From positions 161,440 through 225,439 of the forward strand of contig CAWJIM010000001.1 in assembly GCA_963842945.1 (NCBI GenBank): a stretch of 64,000 bases of DNA, read 5' to 3'. Under the pieces are notes generated by a model. It was not told where the DNA came from. It worked only from the letters and a program-made list of their open reading frames with translations, and ran no database searches. The stretch is from an uncultured Gemmatimonadales bacterium (GTDB lineage Bacteria > Gemmatimonadota > Gemmatimonadetes > Gemmatimonadales > GWC2-71-9). Position numbers and translations under genes: made by a program. Shown in pieces: positions 51,140 through 61,590 of the stretch. Each line of letters opens with the position of its first letter. Position 1 is the first letter of the stretch.

Positions 51140-52798
51140 CGGAGCGCCTCTCGCAGCACCCTGCCCTGCGAGCCGTTCGGCGCCGGGATTCCGAGCAGCG
51201 TCGACAGCGTCGGCGCCAGATCCGCGACGCCCACCACCTCTCCATACCTTCCCGGCTTGACCCCTGACCCAAAGAGCAACAGGGGAACGTGGGTGTCGTA
51301 GGTCCACGGTGAACCGTGGGTGGTGCCCCCGGGTTGGGCCCCCGGCAGCAGGTACGGAGCTAGAACGTAGAACACCTGGCCGCTCCGCTCCGGATCGTAG
51401 CTGAGCTCCGAGCGCGAGTGGTTTCCGCCGGCGCGTTGCTGCGCCAGCTCAGCGCCGGTGAGCACCTGCGCCACCCCCGGCACCGCCTGCACCGCCTGCT
51501 TTGCCACCAGCTCGGCGTCCTCCAGCTTGACCTCGCGGTCCTCCAGGGCCGGCAGATTCAGATACAGGTAAGGCCAGGTCTGATTCATGACCCAGTTGGG
51601 ACGGTCGACCCATCCCGGCGCGCGCGGCGTGCCGAATCTGGTTCGCAACGCCTGCTCCGCGGCATTGGCAATCACAGCGGGATCGATGCGGCTGGCATTG
51701 GTGCTGGGGCGCCGGGTGCGCAGCAGCTCGGGAAGCGGGGCCACGCCGTGATCGGCGGTGATGGCGATAACGAGGTTGTCGCGCCCAACCTGTTGCATCA
51801 GGAAGGTGAAGAAACGCTCCAGCAGCCGGTCGGTACGGATGGTGATGTCCATGACCTCATGGCTGTCCGGACCATAGCTGTGGCCCACCAGATCGTTGGC
51901 GGAGAAGCCGATCGCCAGCAGGTCGGGGTCTTCGTCCCCACCCAAGTGCTCGGCCCGGACCACCTCCATGGCGAAATCGATCAGCACCTCGTTCTCGAAC
52001 GGCGAGGTCTCGAACCCCTCGATGAATTGTTTGGTCGAGGCGCCGGTTGCGAGTTGATGGGGAAAGGTCCGGCCCATGCCTCCGATGTCTTCCTCAGCCG
52101 CCACATTGTCCCGGCCGGCGATGGAGTACGCCGTCGGCCGGTAGGACGTGGTCCCAGGTGCGACCCTGGTATTAGTGATCGCGCAGCTGCGTGTTAAACC
52201 GGCTCACGTAGGGCGGCAGCTCCTTCATGTAATACGTGGAGCTGACCACCAGCGTGTCCTCGGTCCAGTAGGCCGCGTCAGCCATGTGGCCTCCCATCAT
52301 GATCGCCGATCGGTCTTTGCCGGCAATGGCGATCACCCGGCCGCGTCCTTCCGTGGCCCGCTTCAGCTCATCCCCGACGGTTGAGTCTCGGAGGTTACGG
52401 GGCGAGCGCCCCTCCGAGGTCACGCCAATCAGCTTGGCGGTGCTATCGAACGCACAGTATTCCGCCCGGCGCAGCGCCGGGTTGTACCAGATATTTGCCA
52501 CGATGCCGTTTCGGTCCGCATAGCTGCCGGTCAGGATGACGGCGTGCCCCGGACAGGTCTGGGTGATGCTGTGCTGGTACTGCGCTTGGGTAAACTCGGC
52601 GCCCTGGCTCAGCAACAGATTGAACCCGCCCGGGCCGAAGTAGCGCCGGAATCGCTGGAGGTAGTCGGGACGAAACTGGTCGATCGAGATGACTACCAGG
52701 AGCCGGGGCCGGACAGCTTGGGAGAATGCATGGCGGGGCGATAACAGGCCGATCGAGGTAGCGAGCAGTCCGGCTTGGAACAGTGATCGCATCGTCAT
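51136..52798 (-). CDS. Alkaline phosphatase family protein (PafA-like), several apparent indels at ~52135-52190
   Basis: ISIDQFR, TCPGHA (Thr nucleophile), KDRSAI | NDLVGHSYGP, TADHG, THGSPW..DTHVP. Confidence 0.85.
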
Positions 52799-55331
52799 TG
52801 GCTCAGCCGCCGCTCGAATTCCTGTCGCGCTTGCGCGATCAGGTCCAGGGTTGATTGTTTTTCCGCTTCGCTGTTCCAGTCGGTGTTCGCCTGGGCGCCG
52901 GCCCGGAGCCGGTCCAGCCATGCAATGAAGTAACGGGCATCTTCGTCGGAGCGGATCGGCTCTTCCCCCACCGTCACGTAGATCGGACTGGTCGTCCCGT
53001 ACGGATAGACGTCGAGCACTGGGTACTCCGGACCATTCGCCCGGGCCCTGAGCAGGTACCATCCGCTTCCCTGCTGCGGCAGCTTCACCTCGGTGGACAC
53101 GCTCGTTCGCGACTTTGGTAGTGGGATCTCGGAGACCACGGTTCCGTTGCGCACGATTTCTAGATGGTCCACCGGCACAAATGACCGGAGGGTCACGCGA
53201 GCTACCAGCTGCTGCTTCTCCGCCGACACTTTCACCTCATCACCCAGCCCCTTCCCCTCCAGAGTAAAACCGAGCAGCGGGCCGTTGGTCGCAAAGCTTC
53301 GTCCCCCCTTCAGCGCGGCCAGCCAGCGGCCCCGTTCCAGCGGCGCCCCGCTCCGGACAAACACCCGGTTGAGCCCCACCGGGCCTCTGAGCGACGCGAA
53401 GTTTGCCATCGCATCGGTCCCTGCGCCCGCCGGCAGGCGGAACCCGCAGTTGAGCAGCTGATACCAGACGCTGGCCGTGGCGACGTAGTCATCGACGAAC
53501 CCCAGGGCCTCGTAGTAGTCGACCTTGCCCAACGCGACATCGACCGGAAGCTCGTTGGTCAGCGGTTTGCTGGAGTCGCCCGGCTCGGGATGGCTGTCGA
53601 ACGGGTGAACGTATCCGGCGATCCCGCCCTGCTGGTGCGCCAGATCCACGATTGCAGCATTGGTCGGGTAGAGACTTCCGGCGGCGGTATTCACATATCC
53701 CGAATACCCGGGAAGCAAGATGTTTCGGGTGAGTCCCAGAAGACCGACGTGTCCCCAGTAGCTGGTGTGGTACTCCTGGTCGTGCACGATCACCGTCCCC
53801 GGCAGGGACGCCGGGTCGGGCCGGCCGGTGAACCAGGAGAGATCCGGGATCCTTCCCTCCTTGTTCACGATCAGGTTCTCCACCACGTGGAGGTCCTCTG
53901 CCCGGGCCTGCGCCGCCAGCCGGCGGGGAGTGTTGCGGTAGTTGCCGCCGTAGTTCATGTGGACGTGAAGGTCCCCACTGTACCAGCCCTCGGCCGGCAG
54001 ATTCGCCAGCCGTTGGAGCACAATGCGAAGCGGGATCGTCGCGCCGGACTTTACCTGCAGCGACCGCCGCTCCACCCGGTACTCCGGACCGCGAGACACC
54101 TCCACGTCGATTCTCCCAGTGGGTACGGTAACCCGGGACCCGCCGGTGCTGTGGAAGTAGCCGTACTCGAACGGCCGCTCCCGCGGTCGAAGCTGTCGTC
54201 CGCGTGCATCCAGACGTTCTCCGGTCCGTAACTGCGGCCGTCACCTCCGGTGATGGAGACCCGGGCCGGCATCGCTCGCCCGCCGGCATCCACTACCGTC
54301 AGCCTGATGTGGCCGGTGGGCTTGAGGTATTTGCGTAGAGGCGCGCGGAGCGGCTCGATCGATCCGCCGGGGACGGTGACGATCTGAATCTGCAGATCCC
54401 CACCGGCATTCGAGATGTACGCGATCCGGGTTCCGTCCGGCGACCAGCGCGGCGCGGTGGCCTCGCCCTCGCCGTAGGTCAGCTGGAAGGGATCGCCGCC
54501 ATCGCCCGTCATTACCCAAAGGTGGTTCCACTGGCCGCCCAGATAGGAGCTATAGACCACCCGCTTGCCGTCCCGGCTCCAGTCCGGCCGCGCCTTCCAG
54601 GTGGTTTCCTCGTAGTGAATCTCTCGTATCGGCGAGCGGCTCCGGGCAGCCATCCTCCAGAACCCACCGGAGCCCCAGATGTGTCCCCGATTCGAGATCA
54701 GAATCAATTCCTGGCCATCAGGCGACCAGGTGGGCGACAGATACTGATCGTAGGCGCCATAGTAGTAGCGCGGGAGCCGGCCATTCCGGTCCTCGGTGAT
54801 CCGTTCGCCCTCGGCTGCCCGCTCTCCCGCACCGGCTGATGTGATGAAGATGTGCCAGCGGCCCTCATAGGCGCTGGAGACGTATGCGATGCGCTTTCCG
54901 TCGGGAGACCAGCGTGGCTCGATGTTGACCGCTCCATTGCTGACAAGCGGGCGGCTCTCACCGCTTTGCAGATTCAATAGACGGAGCTCGACGGCATCGT
55001 TGCGATACGACGCATACACCACCTCGGCGCCGTCGGGGGACCAGTCGGGCTGATAGTCATAGCCGGGACCTGCGGTGAGCTGGCGGGCTTCCTCGCTTCC
55101 AATTCGCTGGCGCCAGAGCGAGCCCTGCATCGAGTAGATCAGCTCCTGGCCATCGGGCGACCAGGTGACACTGCTCGGCCCGCTGGTCAGCTGGGGCAGG
55201 TACATCTCCCGGTAGTAGTAGCTGTGGGGGACCTTGATCTGCCGAAGGACCGGCTGCCGTTGCGCCATGAGCGCCGCTGGTGCCGATGCAGATGCGGAGA
55301 GTAGAACCACCAGCAGGGTGACGAGACGCAT
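52795..55331 (-). CDS. TolB-like beta-propeller fused to CehA/McbA-family (PHP-like) metallohydrolase, apparent -1 frameshift near 54181
   Basis: Repeated P.WSPDG units; WYSGDLHVH, QEYH..WGH, YVHP, AGTD; one added G (CGC GGG GAG) joins the frames. Confidence 0.82.
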
Positions 55332-55371
55332 GAATGTCCGAGGCGAGAATCTCTGCAGGCTGGAGCGCGTT

Positions 55372-56817
55372 TCAGGCAACCAGCACGTGGCGCCGGCGGC
55401 CGCGCCAGTACACCACTCCGCCGATGACCACGAACAGTGCTGCCCCGCCGATCACCTTCAGCCGAAACAGCCAGGGCTCTGCCGTATCCGAGGGCGGTAT
55501 GGTGGCCACAACCATGGCGCTCACGGTGAGCAGGAAGCCCGCCATCCCGGTCACCACCGCGATGGGCCGTCGCTCGTACCACGGAAGTGTCTCGGTTTGC
55601 CGCTCTTTAAGGCTCGTGCTCAGATAGGAGATGAACAGGTAGAGATAGGGAATGAAGTAGATCAGCAACATGGTATCGAGCAGGATAAGATAGGCCCGCT
55701 CGACGGTCGTGCCCTTGCCCAGCACCGACAGCACCAGGAACACGGTTGCGAGCACAGCCTGGGTGAGGATGGCGACGTAAGGCGTTTTCCACCGCGGGTG
55801 AACCCGGCCGAAGGCGGGCGGGAAGTATCGGTCCAGCCCGATCACGAATGCCACCCGGGCCGGGCCGGTAAGCCAGGCCCCGACGCCGCCGATGTTGCCC
55901 AACACGTAGAGGGTGGCGGCGAGCGGAATCAGCCAGGCCAGGCCACCGAAGTCTCGCGCGCCGGCGGCCATGGCCTGGAAGAACCCCGACACGATGTGCA
56001 CGTCGGCGCTCGGCAGGAGCCAGAGCAGTGAGGCGGTTCCGGCGATATACAGAAACGCGATGAAGGGAGCTGAGATGTAAATGGATCTCGGCAGCGTCCG
56101 CCGGGGGTCCTTCACCTCTCCGCCCATCACGGCGCAGAGCTCCAGGCCCGCATACGCAAAGGCAATCGAGGCCCACAGGTTGATCTGGGACATGTCGCCG
56201 AAGTGCGGCCTAACCGTTGCCCAGGTGATCGGTGTGGCCGATGCCCGGGTGAGCATGGCGTGGAGGCCAAAGCCCACCAGCACCGCTCCAGGGAGATAGG
56301 TGCCCAACGCTCCGAGATTCTGCAGCCACCTGCCGGTCTTGAGTCCCACGATGTTCAGCCACACCGCCAGCCAGAGCGAGGTCAAGGTGGCGACGAAGAT
56401 GTAGGACCAGTTGTCCATCAGACCGGTGTCGCCCCGGCCGATCATGTAAGTGCCGATGGCGGCGGTCGACATCAACAGGTTGGGGTAGTACAAGATGTTG
56501 TTGACCCAATAGGTCCAGCCGCAGAGAAAGCCGTGGCCCTCGCCAAAGGATTGCTTGGCCCAGGAGTAGATCCCGCCTTCATGGGGAAAACGGGCGGAGA
56601 GATAGCTCACCGCCAGCCCCTGCGGAATGAAGAAGAACAGCGCCGCGAGCACCCACATCGTCAGCGAGCTGGGTCCCGCGGCCGCGGCCGTGGCGGTCCA
56701 GCGCAGGCTGAGGATCGCCACGATGTTGAACAGCACCACGTCCCGCAGGGTGAGCACCCGCGGGAGCTCGACCTGAGTCGGCGGTCCGGTTTCGGTTCTA
56801 GCCTGTGGTAGAGCCAC
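55372..56817 (-). CDS. APC-family amino acid/polyamine permease
   Basis: About 12 TMs, EGGIYSW, FAYAGLE, EVKDPRRTLP, HPRWKTP. Confidence 0.93.
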   Translation of the reverse strand: MALPQARTETGPPTQVELPRVLTLRDVVLFNIVAILSLRWTATAAAAGPSSLTMWVLAALFFFIPQGLAVSYLSARFPHEGGIYSWAKQSFGEGHGFLCGWTYWVNNILYYPNLLMSTAAIGTYMIGRGDTGLMDNWSYIFVATLTSLWLAVWLNIVGLKTGRWLQNLGALGTYLPGAVLVGFGLHAMLTRASATPITWATVRPHFGDMSQINLWASIAFAYAGLELCAVMGGEVKDPRRTLPRSIYISAPFIAFLYIAGTASLLWLLPSADVHIVSGFFQAMAAGARDFGGLAWLIPLAATLYVLGNIGGVGAWLTGPARVAFVIGLDRYFPPAFGRVHPRWKTPYVAILTQAVLATVFLVLSVLGKGTTVERAYLILLDTMLLIYFIPYLYLFISYLSTSLKERQTETLPWYERRPIAVVTGMAGFLLTVSAMVVATIPPSDTAEPWLFRLKVIGGAALFVVIGGVVYWRGRRRHVLVA

Positions 56818-56865
56818 CTGTTGTCACCTTGGGCGACGCGAAGGTCTAGAGCTTAACGCCTGGAA

Positions 56866-57642
56866 TCACCCTGTGAGATACAACCCTTGCGGGTCGAGCA
56901 CTTCACGCAGGAGGTACAGCTCCCGCTCGGACGGCGGATCCACCTGCTGCAGGCGACTCTTGCAACGGAGCGGCCACCCAACGTTTGCGGTGACATCGGA
57001 TATGTCAACGTTGGGGTACAGGGCGGAGAGCACCAGCTCCCCATCCGCCGGATCGGCTTCCAGAATGCCTTTGTCGGTCACCACCCTGGTGGGGCCCGAT
57101 CCCGGCATCCCCAGCTCCCGCCGGGTTCGGCCCTTGCTCCGAAGCCCCGGGCTGGTCACGAAGTCCACCCTTTCCGGAAAGCCGCGCCGCTCCAGCCGCG
57201 CGATCACCACGGTTCGCCGGGCATGAATCGCAATTTCGGCCGCCCCTCCGCTGCCCGGCAAACGGACCGCTGGTCGAGCGTACTCGCCCACCACCGTCGT
57301 GTTGATGTTGCCGTAGCGGTCGATCTGCGCTCCACCGAGAAAGCCTACCTCGATCCGCCCGTTCTGCAGCAGTGACTGAAACACGTCGGCCATGCTGCAC
57401 ACCATGAGTGAGCCGGTGACCAGCGCCGGATCGCCAATCGAGACCGGGAGGCGCTCTGGCACGGCACCCACTGCGCCGGACTCATAGATCAGCACCAGAT
57501 TCGGCGCGTGGGTGGCGCGGGCCAGATTGCAGGCCAGGTTGGGCAGGCCGATGCCCACGAACACCACCTCCCCATCGCCCAGCTCGCGAGCGGCGACGGC
57601 GGTCATCATTTCGGCGGGGGTGTAGGTTGGGTCGCGAGTCAC
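56866..57642 (-). CDS. CoA-transferase subunit B (glutaconate/3-oxoadipate type)
   Basis: VFVGIGLP, IYESG (catalytic Glu), GAQIDRYGNIN, RLPGSGGA, VDFVTSPG. Confidence 0.9.
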   Translation of the reverse strand: MTRDPTYTPAEMMTAVAARELGDGEVVFVGIGLPNLACNLARATHAPNLVLIYESGAVGAVPERLPVSIGDPALVTGSLMVCSMADVFQSLLQNGRIEVGFLGGAQIDRYGNINTTVVGEYARPAVRLPGSGGAAEIAIHARRTVVIARLERRGFPERVDFVTSPGLRSKGRTRRELGMPGSGPTRVVTDKGILEADPADGELVLSALYPNVDISDVTANVGWPLRCKSRLQQVDPPSERELYLLREVLDPQGLYLTG

Positions 57643-57776
57643 GAGACGCAAAAGAGTCCGGCATCATGAGTCACGACGTCTGCCAGCCGCAGGTAGAGTG
57701 TCGTAAGGTGACGTGCCAATCGCAACTGTCTCGTGCGTACCTCGACTCTCGACTCGCGACTCCTGACTGGCGACTA
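57630..57776. repeat. Inverted pair of AGTC/GACT heptamer arrays between CoA-transferase subunits
   Basis: gactctc gactcgc gactcct gactggc gacta (57744-57776); complementary GAGTCAC/GAGTC copies at 57630-57675. Confidence 0.7.
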
Positions 57777-58682
57777 AAACCCATAATTCACCCCTGCACA
57801 AACTCGCTGCGCCGCCCTGAGCCGATCAAGTCCGCCGCAGCGCGCCACGTACTCGGCCCGGTCCTTGACCCCAAACACGAATTCCTGGAGATACCCGTCC
57901 AGCGCCGCTGGATTACGCGAAATCTTCTCCCACCCCACATAGAACTGGTTGTCCCGGTCGTAATAGCCCTGCGCGTACGAGGGATGAGCGCCCCAGGGCT
58001 CCACTACCACGGCATCCACGATCAATCCCGGGATCACCGTCCGGTTGGGATCGGCCCGGATGACCGACTCGTCCACCAGCTCCTCCACCACCACGATCAC
58101 GTGGCGTGAGGCAAATGCGGCTTCCTTCTGCACGCCGAGCAGTCCCCAGATCTGGGCGTTGCCTTCGGGATCGGCGCGCTGGGCGTGGACGATGGTGAGG
58201 TCGGGATTGAGGGCCGGAACGGTGGCGAGAGTCTCTCCGGTGTAGGGGCAGCTCACACTTCGGATCTGAGGGTTTACCTCCGGCAGATCGGTCCCCATGT
58301 AGTTCCTCAGCGTCCAGAACGGGAGGCGGGCCGCGCCCGCGCTCAGCCGGGCCACCATGCCGAAGTGGGAATATTCCTCCAGCTCCAGTGGCTCTCCCTT
58401 CCCTTCTACCGCTCGGCGAAACGCATGCAGCGAGCCGGCCCCCGGATTTCCCGCCCAGGAGAACACCAGCTTCCGGGCGCACCCCGCGGCGATCATCTGG
58501 TCGTAAATGAGGTCGGGGGTGAGCCGGCAGAGTGTGAGGTCCCGCCGCCGCTGCCGGATGATCTCGTGCCCGGCAGCGAAGCAGATGAGGTGGGTAAAGC
58601 CTTCGATGACCACTGTGTCGCCGTCATGCACGTACCGGGCGATCGCATCGCGCATGCTGACGACTTTGGAGCGAACGCTCAA
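57774..58682 (-). CDS. CoA-transferase subunit A (glutaconate/3-oxoadipate type)
   Basis: EGFTHLI, HAQRAD..GN, PWGAHPSYAQGYYDRD. Confidence 0.9.
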   Translation of the reverse strand: MSVRSKVVSMRDAIARYVHDGDTVVIEGFTHLICFAAGHEIIRQRRRDLTLCRLTPDLIYDQMIAAGCARKLVFSWAGNPGAGSLHAFRRAVEGKGEPLELEEYSHFGMVARLSAGAARLPFWTLRNYMGTDLPEVNPQIRSVSCPYTGETLATVPALNPDLTIVHAQRADPEGNAQIWGLLGVQKEAAFASRHVIVVVEELVDESVIRADPNRTVIPGLIVDAVVVEPWGAHPSYAQGYYDRDNQFYVGWEKISRNPAALDGYLQEFVFGVKDRAEYVARCGGLDRLRAAQRVCAGVNYGF

Positions 58683-60010
58683 GCGATCTCGTCCAGGCAG
58701 CCGTCGATCAGCCCCAGTGCGGTATCCATGTCCTGCTCGTCGATCACCAGCGGTGGCGCCAGCCGGAGCGAGCTTTTGCCGGCCCCGAGCAGCAACAGCC
58801 CCTGACGGAAGGTCCGCTGCACCAGCTCGTGCACCAGCTCCGGCGCGGGCGCTCTCGTGCTGCGGTCCTTGACGAACTCCATCCCGATCATGAGCCCGCG
58901 GCCCCGCACATCGCCGATGCAGGAATGCTTGTTCATCAGCCGGCAGGCTCCGGCCATCAGCCGTTCACCCAGCCGCGCGGCGTTGTCCATCAGCTCGTTC
59001 TCCACCAGGTCCAGCGTCGCCAGCGCGGCGGCGCAGCAAACCGGATTTCCTCCGAACGTGGAGCCGTGCGATCCACTCTCCCAGGTGGTGATCGACTCCC
59101 TGGAGATCATGGCGCCGATCGGCATGCCCGAGCCCAGCCCCTTGGCCGTGAGCAGGATGTCGGGCTCGACCCCCTCGTGCTCGCAGGCAAACATCTTTCC
59201 GGTCCGGCCCACACCGGACTGGACCTCGTCGGCTACCAGGAGAATTCCATAGCGGTCGCACAGGGCCCGCAGGTCTGCCAGGTAGCCGGGGGGCGGCACC
59301 ACGTAGCCCCCCTCTCCCTGGATCGGCTCGATGAAGATGGCGGCGACATCGTGGGGATCGAGGTGGCGGGCGAACAGGTCCTCCTCGATCACCGCGATAC
59401 ATCCGCGGTTGCACGCCGGCTCGTCGCCGCAGAACTGACAGCGGTAGCGATAGGCATAGGGCACGTGGTGCACGTCGGGCAGCAGCGGACCGAACCCGGC
59501 GTGCTGTCGCGCCTTGCTCGATGTGAGCGTCACCGCTCCGGTGGTCCGGCCGTGAAATGCCCCGCGGAAGGCGATGATGGCGGTTCTGCCGGTAGCGTAG
59601 CGGGCCAGCTTTATCGCCGCCTCGGTGGCCTCCGTTCCCGAGTTGGTGAGAAACACCCGCTTCTTCGACGTTCCCGGCGCCACCTTGGCCAGCCGCTCGC
59701 ACAGCGCGGCCATGCCCTCGTAGTAGAAATCAGACCCGCAGATGTGCAGAAACCGGTCGGCCGCCGCCTTGACCGCCGCGACCACCTTGGGATGGCCATA
59801 ACCAGTGGAGGACACCGCAATGCCGGCCATGAAGTCGAGATACCGGTTGCCGTCCACATCCTCTACCATCACCCCGCTGCCCCGCGAGACCACCAGCGGG
59901 TACTCCTTGATGTAGCAGGAGGAGGTCCATTCCGCGTCGCGCGCCACCACGGCCTGCGCCTTGGGGCCCGGAGGCGGCACGACGATGCTGGGATAGTTGC
60001 GCGGGCTCAT
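58679..60010 (-). CDS. Class-III PLP aminotransferase (4-aminobutyrate/acetylornithine-like)
   Basis: NSGTEATE, FHGRT, EPIQGEGG, DEVQSG, AKGLGSG (PLP Lys). Confidence 0.93.
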   Translation of the reverse strand: MSPRNYPSIVVPPPGPKAQAVVARDAEWTSSCYIKEYPLVVSRGSGVMVEDVDGNRYLDFMAGIAVSSTGYGHPKVVAAVKAAADRFLHICGSDFYYEGMAALCERLAKVAPGTSKKRVFLTNSGTEATEAAIKLARYATGRTAIIAFRGAFHGRTTGAVTLTSSKARQHAGFGPLLPDVHHVPYAYRYRCQFCGDEPACNRGCIAVIEEDLFARHLDPHDVAAIFIEPIQGEGGYVVPPPGYLADLRALCDRYGILLVADEVQSGVGRTGKMFACEHEGVEPDILLTAKGLGSGMPIGAMISRESITTWESGSHGSTFGGNPVCCAAALATLDLVENELMDNAARLGERLMAGACRLMNKHSCIGDVRGRGLMIGMEFVKDRSTRAPAPELVHELVQRTFRQGLLLLGAGKSSLRLAPPLVIDEQDMDTALGLIDGCLDEIA

Positions 60011-60022
60011 GAATGTTTCCCT

Positions 60023-61590
60023 TTATCCCTCGATGACCGTTCGGCTCTGTTCTCGCATGAACTGCGCGACATAATAGGGCCCGCATCCACCCTTGCCGGT
60101 GGAGCCCGAGGCCTTCCAGCCGCAAAACGGCTGGGCTCCGGGCCAGGCGCCGGTGGTAGCACCCGTCCGCTTATTGGCGTAACAGACCCCGGCCTCCACC
60201 TCATCGAAGAACCGGGCCACCTCCGCAGGATTCTTCGAGAAGATGCCGGCGGTGAGCCCGTATTCTACCCGGTTGGTCTCCTGGATCGCCTGATCCAGGC
60301 CGGTTACCTCACCGATGGCGACAAAGGGCACGAACAGCTCGTCCCGGTAGAGCGTGCTCTCCAGCGGCAACCGGGCGATGGTGGGAGCCACGAAGTGTCC
60401 CCGATCGAAGGCCCCACCCCGGAGCCGCTCCCCGCCCAGCACAATGGTGCCCTCCGTTCGGGCCTGAGACACCGCGCGCTCGAATCGGTCCATTGCCTGC
60501 TGGTTGATCACTGGTCCGAAAAACACATCCCGCTCGGATGGATCGCCCATCCGGATGCTCCGGGTCTTCTCCACCAGCCGTTGGATGAACGGCGCGGCCA
60601 CCTCGCGCTGAACGTAGACCCGCGACGTCGCGCTGCACTTCTGGTTCTGCAGGCTGAACGCCGAGCGCATCACGCCTTCGGCCGCGGCGTCCAGATCCGC
60701 GCTGTCCAGCACGATCGCGGCGTTCTTTCCCCCAGCTCCAGCAGCGCGGGCTTGATCCAGCCGCCACTGAGCCCGGCGTGGATTCGCATGCCCACCGCCT
60801 TCGATCCGGTGAACACGACGCCATCCACGCCGGGATGCTGCCAGAGCGGATCGCCGATATCCTCCCGCCGCCCGAACAGGATGTTGAACACGCCGGGAGG
60901 CAGCCCGGCGTCGCGATAAATGTGATACAGCTCGAGTCCGGTCCACGGCGTCTCTTCCGCCGGCTTGTACACCACCGCGTTGCCCGCCACCAGTGCGGCC
61001 GACGACATGCCGGCCGAGAGCGCCAGGGGAAAGTTGAAGGGAGCGATACAGGCAAACACGCCGTAGGGGCGGAGCACGTCGGTGTTGCGCTCCACCGCCG
61101 TGATCCGGTTCATCGGCCGGACGAAGCCGTCGGCGTCCTCCACCTGCTGGCAGTAGTAGTCGATCAGATCGGCCGACTCTTCGGCGTCGCCCATAGCCTC
61201 GAGCCGGCTCTTCCCCACCTCGAGGCTCATCAGCGCCGCGAGCTGATACTTCCGCTCCCGAATGAGGGAAGCCGCCCCGCGCAGCAGCGCGACTCGATCC
61301 CGCCAGGGCCAGCGGCCCCATTCCCGCTGAGCCCGCCGCGCCGAGTTTACCGCAGCGTCCACATGCTCGGGCCCGGCGGCACTGAACCGGCCCAACACCA
61401 GGCTGGTGTCGATCGGAGAGCGGTCCACCAGCGGCTCGGCGGCGGTCTCGACCGGCGCATCATCGACATAAAACGGGTGCAGCCGCCCGGCCTCACGGCG
61501 GACAGCCTCGAGCGCGGAGTCGAAGCGCTGGTGAAACTCCTCCAGATCGCCGCTGGCGGAGGTGTAGGTGATCTTGGTTGCGGTGGTCAA
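60023..61590 (-). CDS. Aldehyde dehydrogenase (P5C-dehydrogenase-like), apparent -1 frameshift at 60729-60733
   Basis: APFNFP, KPAE, FTGS, LELG|GKN restored by one extra G, QKCSA (catalytic Cys), ELF, QPFCGWK. Confidence 0.9.

Noticed and set aside
60720..60740. Programmed ribosomal frameshift at GGGGGAAAG in the aldehyde dehydrogenase
   Set aside because: The site looks slippery, but it falls in the conserved ELGGK motif and matches the one-G-short pattern seen at other homopolymers; error is more parsimonious.
58829..60919. 696-aa plus-strand ORF, and similar long antisense ORFs at 10770-12455 and 27403-28992
   Set aside because: High-GC shadow frames over motif-bearing minus-strand genes.
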